Of a DNA stretch of 35,109 bases, positions 11,905 to 20,791 are shown in pieces; position 1 is the stretch's first letter, and every line of letters begins with the position of its first letter. The notes under the pieces were generated by a model. That model worked only from the letters and a program-made list of their open reading frames with translations. It was not told the DNA's origin and searched no databases. Source of the DNA: Octopus bimaculoides (taxonomy: Eukaryota); assembly GCF_001194135.2 (NCBI RefSeq), contig NC_068984.1, positions 95,052,487-95,087,595 on the forward strand, given 5' to 3'. Made by a program: the position numbers and the translations under genes.

Positions 11905-14900
11905 ATGATGTTCTCCAGTTCCAAAGAGAACCAGCTTCCATTATCTGGTAATAATGGTTCGCTTAATGTCAATCAGATATCTAACAAGGGATGTTACAGC
12001 CTTAGGTCACGTCACAAGTCACAAAATATTTTCAAATGTGAGATCTGTAGCAAAATCTTTGATAGCAATTCTTCTTTGGAACAACACATGTTTTCTGTTC
12101 ATCATTCTACAAATGGAGTGTTTTTATGTGAATTCTGTAGTGCCAATTTTTCACAAAAGAGCAGCCTCATGCAACACAGGTGTATCCATTTAACTAATAC
12201 TACTTCACAAGCCATATTAGACACAGGTTTTCCTCAAAAGACTTATCAATCACTGACAGATAATTCTAATATAAATACTGTAAAGATGTCACAGAATTTT
12301 ACCTGCGAATTCTGTCACAAAACATTTAAAACAAACTCAGCTTTGCTAATTCATAACCGCAGTCACACTGGTGAATCTCCTTATTCCTGTGAGTTTTGTG
12401 GCAAGAACTTTCGACAGACTGCACACTTAGATGTCCATATGAGAATTCATACTGGAGAAACACCATTTAAATGTAATTATTGTAATAAATCTTTTAACCA
12501 GAAGAACAACAGAAACAGGCATGAATTAATCCACTTAAATGGTAACATAGAACAAAATCCTACTATAACTGGAATAAACTTTGACACAAACACAGCCACA
12601 TCCCCAATTCATACTTCCAGTGTTCCTAACACATCTCAGAGTTTCACTGTTTCTGATGTGAAAGAATCTTCTTTGACATCTTCCATTTCAGCAGATCAAA
12701 GCAGATCTAATGATTTGATTGTACAACGGACACCACAAACATCTCATATATGTCACTTGTGCAACAAAACTCTTAACAGCAAATCAGCATTACAAGTGCA
12801 TTATAGAACACATACAGGAGAAAGCCCATATGTCTGCCATATCTGTAACCAAAGGTTCAAACAGAGTGCCCATTTGGATGCCCATTTAAGGGTGCATAGT
12901 AAGGAAACTCCTTTTAAGTGTCAATACTGTGATAAGGGATTCTCACAGAAAGGCAACAAAAATCGCCATGAGCGCACTCACTTTTTAAACAAAGAAGGAG
13001 ATACTGGTAAAACAAATACACTACTGCCATCAACCAGAGAAGTATGTCACACAAACAGTATTATTGGTTGTGAATTTGAAACTTTGCTTGATCATGAGGG
13101 AGTCAGAATTAATATAAACTATAAACAGTTTGTTAATATTGATGCAGACAATGTTTATAGTGATAAAAGTAATCTAGCTATTTGTGAGTTTTGCCAGAGC
13201 CCCATCAAAGATTGTACTTGTGCAGCTACTCACTCTTCTTCATTCCGGCAAAATGCAGAACCATATTCTTTTCAGAAGACTACAGAACAGTTTGTTTTAA
13301 GTGATAACACCAGTAGAGAGACTGTAGAGAATCAAACAGCAGAGGTGACAAATATTCAGAAGTATAACAACTCCAGAAGTAAACTCACAGCTCAAACAAT
13401 ATGTAATGACAATACATGCATGTCAGCTTCAAGTGAACTGTTAAATTCCAATACTTCATCAAGGAACCATTCATCATTTATTTGCAAAATGTGTACAAAA
13501 GAGTTTGTCACTAACATTGAACTACAAAGGCACATGCAGTGTCATAAGGGAGTTACTGTCTGTGAGTTCTGTCATAAAGATTTTAAAAGCAGCTCATCAT
13601 TAGCTGTCCACAGACGGGTTCATACTGGAGAGATGCCTTATAAATGTGACTACTGTAACAAAAGCTTTAAACAAGTACCTCATCTTGATGTCCATATGAG
13701 AACTCATACAGGAGAAATGCCATTTCAGTGCCTCTATTGTGACAAAAAATTCAGTCAGAAATGCAACAGAAACCGGCATATGAATACACATGTGAATGAA
13801 GCTGCTACTGAATCAAAGGATAAGTGTGACAAGAATGAGGTATATTCTGGCAACCAGGTTGAAAAACTTCAGTCTCTAACTGAATGTACAACATGTGGAA
13901 ATGAATTTTCTGAACCTAATAGTTTCATAACACATATATTATCACATGACAATCTACCTGATTTATTAAGTCAAAGCAATAATCATAATAATCACACTCC
14001 TGAAATAAACTGCAATAATTCTGGGACAGTTACTTTTAAAGACAGTCAGTGTAGAGTTTGTAATGAGACATTTACAGATCAGGCTGGCTTAGACCAACAT
14101 ATAGCTTCATCTCATAGAAAGAACTCATTCCCTGTCTCCAAAGATAATTGTGAAACTGAAGCAAATAAAATACAGGAGAGACCTTTGGGCTTAATACCAG
14201 GTGAAATCCCTTACATATCTTCATCAGCTAATAATTCTCTTGTAGTTTTGAATAACAATATGGGTACATTAAGCCATTTAGGAAATGAAAGCTCCAAAAG
14301 TTTCCAACCAGACAATTGCAACATTGAAGTTCAGTCAAGGTCACAATCTGGGGAATTGCTTTATGAAGCTGGTTACATTGAAAATTCTCAAAACAAAGAA
14401 TCCAAAACAAATAATTGGATTGAAGCAGCAAGCTTAAAAACAAGTGAACAGAGTATTTCAGCAAATTTTGTTTCCAATGATATGAGCTATACACCTGTTG
14501 AAAGACTTGGAACTCATGACTGTCAGATCTGTAATTCAAAGTTTACTAATTATACAAGTTTTATGGATCACCAAAGCTGTCATAATAACTGTATAGAGAT
14601 GATGAGAAAATCTCAATCAGCTTCTGATGAATTTATTCATAATAACAGCAACTTCTCTGACAGAGGTGTTTTCAAATGTGAGCTTTGTGGAAAGTTTTTT
14701 CCTGACATTGCGAGCCTCCATTATCATCAACAGGTCAAACATTCACAACCTAGATCTTGTCATCAACTCGAGAATGGTGATTTTGAAGAAAGAGATAACT
14801 CTTTCACATCTAGTCCCAGCAACAAAGGACACTTAATAACAGGAAGCACCAACATAACTTCAAGTAATAAAGAAGATTTGGCAGGTATTAACAATAAACT

Positions 14901-17900
14901 TTTCAGTTGTAAAACATGTAACTTCCATTTTAATTCTCAGCAAGACTTGATTAAACATAAATTGTGTCACACTGTTTCAACTAATCATTCAGTAAAGTGT
15001 AATCAGGACATGACTGCAGCTTTAACTCCATCAAATACATGTGCCGCAGTGGCTGACCAAATGAATAAATCAGATTCTCCTTTGGTTTCCACCAATTCAA
15101 ACATATGTGAATTTTGTAAGAAAGATTTCCGTAACCACTCTGCCTTGGTAATCCATCGAAGAATACACACAGGAGAAATGCCATTCCAATGTGAATACTG
15201 TCATCGTGGTTTTAGGCAAGTTGCTCACCTTGATGTACATCTACGGATACACACCGGGGAGACACCTTATAAATGTGCATTTTGTAATAAGAAGTTCAGT
15301 CAAAACTGCAACCGAATAAGACATCAGAAGATTCACCTGCAACCACAAAATTTAGATGGTAGTTATGAGCAGTCAACTAGCCACCAGGCTGGAGATCATA
15401 TGTACAATTGTGAATTTTGTATTTCAAAGTTCAGCAACTATGAAGAGTTTTTAGATCATCTTAACTGCCACAACACTCCTTGCTTACAAGATGGACAACC
15501 AGAAGAATATAAGAAAAAACGAAAATTGCAGTCAGTTTCACAGAGTTTCTATTCTGAAAATGGAACTCCTGAAGATTGGAACTGTTGTGAGAGAGGTTTG
15601 ACTGGATCTAATAATAAATGTAAACAGTGTAATCCCCATTCAGTTAATGCTGGTGAGTGTAACCTACAGATGGGAAGTAATTGTGACAAGACCCCTTTAA
15701 ATGGTTACATACATAACTGTAGTGTATCAGATTGTGAAAATAATGGTGGTTACTTTGTGAAAAACTGCCAGAATAGTCTGAAGGTTATTGGGAATAATGA
15801 ATGTGAGTTATGTAGTGTACAATTTGTGAACAAAGATGAACTTAATGTACACAAAGTGTCTCATCATATGGACCAGCCTTCAACAATGTTTAGCAATAGA
15901 AATTCTACCCACTGTCAGTCCAGCATGAATTTATTGAAAGATTCTGCTGGTCAAGGCCCATTTGAAAAGAGTTGTGAGTTTTGCCAGAAAACATTCAATA
16001 GTACTTCAGCTCTCATTACACATCGACGTGTACATACAGGAGAGACTCCTTACAAGTGCAGTTTTTGTCAAAAAAGCTTTAAACAAGCAGCACATAGAGA
16101 TGTTCATATGAGAATACATACGGGTGAGACACCATACAAGTGCCAGTATTGTGACAGAAGTTTTTCTCAGAACAACAATAGACTTCGGCATGAAAAAACT
16201 CATCAGTTAGACAACAATACTACTACACAATCCAATGAAAATTCTCCAAGGACTGAGCTTCAGAATGACAGCAATGGGGCAACTAGTTCATCAGCTGAGC
16301 AAAATGGTGCATTATGTTTTACTTGTCCAGTATGTGGAGCACTGTTTGAAAGTGGTTTGGACCTCACTGATCACCAAACAATTTGTTTTGCAGCTAATGA
16401 TAAACTTGCACATAATGATATAGATGTACCAAATTGTTCGGTAAGTCTAGTATTAGAAACAGATTCTTTCCCTAATGATGACTTGCAGCACATACCAAGT
16501 TTATCTTCAGACAATAACTACAATCTTAAAGATGCAGACAAGTCTAGTTACTCAGGTAAAAATGTAAGTCAACCAAGTGAAATATTTTTCAGTTGTCACT
16601 CTTGTGGAATTAAATTCAGAACTGAGTCTGTTTTAAATAAACATCAGAAGTCGTGTAAAGGTTCTTCAAGACTGGTTCCTGTAGCAACAGATGATATTGG
16701 CCTAAATTCTACTGTCATGTCTGAAGATGGATCTTCACACTTTACATTAGAAAATAATGTTGAATCATCAAAAGCTAAGCAACATGATGCAACAGTAGAT
16801 CTGTTTCCATGCAACATTTGTGGTGAAGAATTTACTCTTGCCATACATCTTAATTGTCACATGGCTACACATTCAGAGCAAAAAGAATTTACTGATCATG
16901 TTACTAAGCAAAATAAACCAAGAGCACTTTCAATAATCCTTGAAGAACCTTCTTTGCATATGACTGTTGAAGAATTTGGGAATTGTTCTGAAGATGAAGG
17001 TCTTGCTACTCCTCAACCTGACTGTAGTGGTCATCTGGAGAATGGGGAAGACAGTGACAATGTTGCAGAGATGGAAGACAATGATGAAGAGCAAAAAGAC
17101 AATACAAAACAAACTCACTTTAAGTATAAGAAGAATTCACAAATATTAGATTTTGAAAATTTGATAAAAAAAGAAATTCTTCTTGAAGATTATGAAAATC
17201 CTTTACACCAACTGAAAAAAACTTTTATTACAAAAGACAGTTCTAAAGATACAGAAAATCCTTGTGGTATTGATACTGCTATGGAAACAACATCAACTTG
17301 CTTACCTGATGCAGATCGAACAGAATACTTTTGTCATCAATGTAACATAGAGTTTACTAATGAAGAAAAACTACATCAACACAGGATGTCTGTTCATGAG
17401 GAAGCTAAAGAAAATTATGAAGTTGTGACTAGTGCAGAGCCACTACCTACACTATGTAATCGGGGGGATGGAAACCTACTTCTTGACCAACATATATGTG
17501 AATTTTGTGAGAAAGGATTCAACAGTAGCTCTGCACTGCATGTTCATCGTAGAATTCACACTGGAGAATCTCCCTACAAATGCCACCTCTGCAATCGGAG
17601 ATTTAAACAAAATATTCATCTCAATGTCCATTTGCGAACACATACAGGAGAAACTCCTTATCACTGTCAATTTTGTGACAAAAAATTTACACAAAACAGT
17701 AACCGAATTCGTCATCAACGTATGCATCTAGCTGATATTACCACAGTGGATAGTTCAGCTGTTGTGGATAATATTACTCCATCTGAAAATAATGTGTCAC
17801 TTGAACCAAACTCTGATTCTAGCAACAGAGATTCTTCAGATGACCATGAACTTATGACTAATAGTGAACAGCAATGGAAAGATAAAAAGCCTTTATATTA

Positions 17901-20226
17901 TAACCAACTTTTTGAAAAGGAAAGGAAATCATCTGTTCTTAACAACATTCCTATAGAGTATCATCCACCAAATGAGCCTAAAATAGAAGTCAATAATAAT
18001 AACTTGACTGGTTCCATTTACATGGGAGACTCTCAGCAAACGAGTGTTTTAAAAGAGGAAATAGATGCTGGTGACGATAAGCAGCTATCTATAAATACTA
18101 ACAAACAACCAGCTGATAAGGAAGACTCCCAAAGTGAAGTGAACTTGTCTTTCCCTCAAGACTCTAAGTACTACTTAAGGAATTCACACTTTAGATGTGA
18201 TTTCTGCTCACGACAGTTTCGTAGTAAATCTGCACTTATCATACATCGGCGAGTACACACAGGAGAGAAACCTTACCAATGTACATACTGTTTGAAAAGC
18301 TTCAAGCAAGTTGCTCACTTAGAAACTCATTCTAGAATACACACAGGTGAAACTCCATTCAAGTGTAACTACTGTCGACGATCTTTCAGTCAGAAAAGTA
18401 ATTGTGATCGTCATCATCGTATTCATGTGGCTTGGAAAAAGAGGATGAAAGCTAGAGCTAAAGCTGCTGCAAAAACAGTTCACCTATGTACCATCTGTAA
18501 TGGTCGGTTTGCTAATGCCAGTGCTTTAAGCAAGCATAAATGTTCTAAGGTAATTTCACTTGAAGAAGCAGAAGGCAACACTGATAATGTGCTTTCAAGC
18601 ATACCTTACTCATGCAATATATGTGGTAAAAACTACATTAACAAAGGATATTTTGAAAGACATAAACAGTCACACACTTTAAACACCACCTCAGAGAAAG
18701 ATGCAACATCTGTTACTGAAAAGGCATTTTATTTATGTGAGATTTGCCAGCAAAATTTTACAGATAAAACACAATACACTGAGCATGTATTTCAGCATAT
18801 CTCTGAGACACCATGTGATCAGGAAGCAAGTTCATACACCTCTACTGACGATGTTCCTGTCGACCATATTAGAGAAGTCTGCTATTTATGTGAGCAGTGT
18901 AAAAAAGAATTTTATAATAAAGAAGATTTCTATTCTCACTCTTGCTCCTCTACTTTTGACTCTGGCAATAAGGAAAGATATGAAGAACAAGACTCTAAAA
19001 GTTTTGAGAACTCCTGTAATGATGACGAAATATTTACCACAACTCTACTTGATCAAGACCTTTCACGAGAAACTGAAGTTTCTGGGTTTTCAGAACAGAA
19101 TGGAAATAACAGTGGACTGAGTGTGTGTGAGTTCTGCAACAAGACATTCAAAAGTTTATCATCTTTGCTTATTCATCGACGTGTACACACTGGGGAGACA
19201 CCATTTAAGTGTCCTTATTGTAAACGACAATTTAAACAGATTGCACACCTTGATGTCCATTTAAGAACACACACTGGAGAAACTCCTTTTAAATGCCAGT
19301 TTTGTGACAAATCATTCACACAGAACAGTAACAAGAACAGGCATGAGAAAGTTCACCTGAGCAGTGAAACTGCAGCACAACTTGAACTCAGTAGTAGTCA
19401 AATATTTTCTAAAAATTCTGTTAATTCAGCAGTAACTACGTCTGAAAAACCATGTCAAAGTTACTGCTGTGACATTTGTTTTGCTATGTTTTCTACAGAA
19501 AATGACCTAAATGAACACATCCAAACGCATCAAGATACAAGCTATGATCTTGGGACTACGCTTTTAGATTTGAATCAAAATTCAAATAAAAGGCACCACC
19601 AAGGTGAAAATGATGAATCTAACCAAAACCAGCTCCCACATGGAAAATCTAAGAGACTGAGTGACATAAAGAAAAGATGTATTATGGAAGTCAAAGGACT
19701 TGCCAATGAACAAGAGTTAAAGCCAGAAGTTTTTAATCAAAATAGACTTGACGACCAAAGTATGACATACGACAACTTTGGTGAAAATATTTCTTGCCAC
19801 CAGTGTGAAATGTGTGACAAAATATTCCAAACAAATGATGCTCTTGTAGAACACAAATTCTCTGAGCATATAATATCATCTAGTAACCAAGACATTGATG
19901 ATTGCAGTTCAAAAATAATAGGCAGCCAGAAGTCTGTCTCTGCTAACTTTGACAATGGTTTGCAAAAACATGTATGTGAATACTGTAACAAAGATTGCAA
20001 GAGTTTTTCTTCACTGCTTACACACAGACGAGTACACACGGGGGAAACTCCATATAAATGTAGTTACTGTGAACGTAGCTTCAAACAATCTGCTCACTTA
20101 GATGTTCACATGAGGACTCATACAGGAGAAACACCTTATAAATGTAAGTTCTGTGACAAAGCGTTCTCTCAGAATAGTAACAAGAATCGTCATGAGAGAT
20201 TACACCTCATCCAAACAGCTACTTGA
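11905..20226 (+). CDS. Giant multi-cluster C2H2 zinc-finger protein (2773 aa, about 47 fingers: nine tandem triplets plus about 20 solitary C2H2/C2HC fingers), single coding exon
   Basis: Uninterrupted 8,322-nt ORF. It carries repeated CxxC-x12-Hxxx(x)H motifs with TGE(T/S/M/K)P(Y/F) linkers inside triplets, separated by Ser/Asn/Thr/Glu-rich low-complexity spacers. No KRAB, SCAN, BTB, ZAD or SET domain is recognisable in the 44-aa N-terminus. Consistent with the known coleoid C2H2 ZNF expansion; no orthologue recognised. Confidence 0.97.
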   Translation: MMFSSSKENQLPLSGNNGSLNVNQISNKGCYSLRSRHKSQNIFKCEICSKIFDSNSSLEQHMFSVHHSTNGVFLCEFCSANFSQKSSLMQHRCIHLTNTTSQAILDTGFPQKTYQSLTDNSNINTVKMSQNFTCEFCHKTFKTNSALLIHNRSHTGESPYSCEFCGKNFRQTAHLDVHMRIHTGETPFKCNYCNKSFNQKNNRNRHELIHLNGNIEQNPTITGINFDTNTATSPIHTSSVPNTSQSFTVSDVKESSLTSSISADQSRSNDLIVQRTPQTSHICHLCNKTLNSKSALQVHYRTHTGESPYVCHICNQRFKQSAHLDAHLRVHSKETPFKCQYCDKGFSQKGNKNRHERTHFLNKEGDTGKTNTLLPSTREVCHTNSIIGCEFETLLDHEGVRININYKQFVNIDADNVYSDKSNLAICEFCQSPIKDCTCAATHSSSFRQNAEPYSFQKTTEQFVLSDNTSRETVENQTAEVTNIQKYNNSRSKLTAQTICNDNTCMSASSELLNSNTSSRNHSSFICKMCTKEFVTNIELQRHMQCHKGVTVCEFCHKDFKSSSSLAVHRRVHTGEMPYKCDYCNKSFKQVPHLDVHMRTHTGEMPFQCLYCDKKFSQKCNRNRHMNTHVNEAATESKDKCDKNEVYSGNQVEKLQSLTECTTCGNEFSEPNSFITHILSHDNLPDLLSQSNNHNNHTPEINCNNSGTVTFKDSQCRVCNETFTDQAGLDQHIASSHRKNSFPVSKDNCETEANKIQERPLGLIPGEIPYISSSANNSLVVLNNNMGTLSHLGNESSKSFQPDNCNIEVQSRSQSGELLYEAGYIENSQNKESKTNNWIEAASLKTSEQSISANFVSNDMSYTPVERLGTHDCQICNSKFTNYTSFMDHQSCHNNCIEMMRKSQSASDEFIHNNSNFSDRGVFKCELCGKFFPDIASLHYHQQVKHSQPRSCHQLENGDFEERDNSFTSSPSNKGHLITGSTNITSSNKEDLAGINNKLFSCKTCNFHFNSQQDLIKHKLCHTVSTNHSVKCNQDMTAALTPSNTCAAVADQMNKSDSPLVSTNSNICEFCKKDFRNHSALVIHRRIHTGEMPFQCEYCHRGFRQVAHLDVHLRIHTGETPYKCAFCNKKFSQNCNRIRHQKIHLQPQNLDGSYEQSTSHQAGDHMYNCEFCISKFSNYEEFLDHLNCHNTPCLQDGQPEEYKKKRKLQSVSQSFYSENGTPEDWNCCERGLTGSNNKCKQCNPHSVNAGECNLQMGSNCDKTPLNGYIHNCSVSDCENNGGYFVKNCQNSLKVIGNNECELCSVQFVNKDELNVHKVSHHMDQPSTMFSNRNSTHCQSSMNLLKDSAGQGPFEKSCEFCQKTFNSTSALITHRRVHTGETPYKCSFCQKSFKQAAHRDVHMRIHTGETPYKCQYCDRSFSQNNNRLRHEKTHQLDNNTTTQSNENSPRTELQNDSNGATSSSAEQNGALCFTCPVCGALFESGLDLTDHQTICFAANDKLAHNDIDVPNCSVSLVLETDSFPNDDLQHIPSLSSDNNYNLKDADKSSYSGKNVSQPSEIFFSCHSCGIKFRTESVLNKHQKSCKGSSRLVPVATDDIGLNSTVMSEDGSSHFTLENNVESSKAKQHDATVDLFPCNICGEEFTLAIHLNCHMATHSEQKEFTDHVTKQNKPRALSIILEEPSLHMTVEEFGNCSEDEGLATPQPDCSGHLENGEDSDNVAEMEDNDEEQKDNTKQTHFKYKKNSQILDFENLIKKEILLEDYENPLHQLKKTFITKDSSKDTENPCGIDTAMETTSTCLPDADRTEYFCHQCNIEFTNEEKLHQHRMSVHEEAKENYEVVTSAEPLPTLCNRGDGNLLLDQHICEFCEKGFNSSSALHVHRRIHTGESPYKCHLCNRRFKQNIHLNVHLRTHTGETPYHCQFCDKKFTQNSNRIRHQRMHLADITTVDSSAVVDNITPSENNVSLEPNSDSSNRDSSDDHELMTNSEQQWKDKKPLYYNQLFEKERKSSVLNNIPIEYHPPNEPKIEVNNNNLTGSIYMGDSQQTSVLKEEIDAGDDKQLSINTNKQPADKEDSQSEVNLSFPQDSKYYLRNSHFRCDFCSRQFRSKSALIIHRRVHTGEKPYQCTYCLKSFKQVAHLETHSRIHTGETPFKCNYCRRSFSQKSNCDRHHRIHVAWKKRMKARAKAAAKTVHLCTICNGRFANASALSKHKCSKVISLEEAEGNTDNVLSSIPYSCNICGKNYINKGYFERHKQSHTLNTTSEKDATSVTEKAFYLCEICQQNFTDKTQYTEHVFQHISETPCDQEASSYTSTDDVPVDHIREVCYLCEQCKKEFYNKEDFYSHSCSSTFDSGNKERYEEQDSKSFENSCNDDEIFTTTLLDQDLSRETEVSGFSEQNGNNSGLSVCEFCNKTFKSLSSLLIHRRVHTGETPFKCPYCKRQFKQIAHLDVHLRTHTGETPFKCQFCDKSFTQNSNKNRHEKVHLSSETAAQLELSSSQIFSKNSVNSAVTTSEKPCQSYCCDICFAMFSTENDLNEHIQTHQDTSYDLGTTLLDLNQNSNKRHHQGENDESNQNQLPHGKSKRLSDIKKRCIMEVKGLANEQELKPEVFNQNRLDDQSMTYDNFGENISCHQCEMCDKIFQTNDALVEHKFSEHIISSSNQDIDDCSSKIIGSQKSVSANFDNGLQKHVCEYCNKDCKSFSSLLTHRRVHTGETPYKCSYCERSFKQSAHLDVHMRTHTGETPYKCKFCDKAFSQNSNKNRHERLHLIQTAT

Positions 20227-20541
20227 GTCAAAGTAAAACAATATTGTAACTACTCAGAGACTGAATTGTGAATACTTACCAATGTGTATAATAGCATATA
20301 CTGCAACACTTCAGCTTTTCTGTCATCCTTTAAGATAAGAGTTTATCATTAATTTCATATTCATATGTCAATCCATAAACATTGTAATAAGATGTCCATT
20401 CATCAAACTGCTTCAGTTTTGACTGATGCCTTGTTTCTGAAGTTGGTTGACTTATATGCTGTTATATATAATGTTGCAGTCAACACGTCAACCACTGCCA
20501 GTAGAAAACAGCATTTTCTATTATGACAAATTAGTTTCTTA

Positions 20542-20547
20542 AAATAA
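20542..20547 (+). promoter_or_regulatory. Candidate polyadenylation signal (AATAAA) of the ZNF gene
   Basis: AATAAA about 316 nt after the stop codon. A second AATAAA lies at 20660-20665. Confidence 0.4.
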
Positions 20548-20791
20548 AAGGCTTTATTAAGGAATCATATCAAATTATTTTCTAATTTTATTACAATTCT
20601 ACATCTTCAAATGCAAAATTAATGTAACTTTAAGATGTCAAACAGCATTTTTGTTTATAAATAAATATTTGAAGGTATTTTATATAAATATATATAATAT
20701 ATATGTGAGTGAGTGGGCAAACAATAGAAGGGCACTCAACAAATTTATTGGGAGTTACATGTATGGATCAAAACAGTTTGATTCAAATTTG

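Noticed and set aside
11954-20039. Alternative-frame and antisense ORFs (60-139 aa) overlapping the ZNF gene
   Set aside because: Expected by-products of a long coding sequence with repeated modules; no domain signatures.
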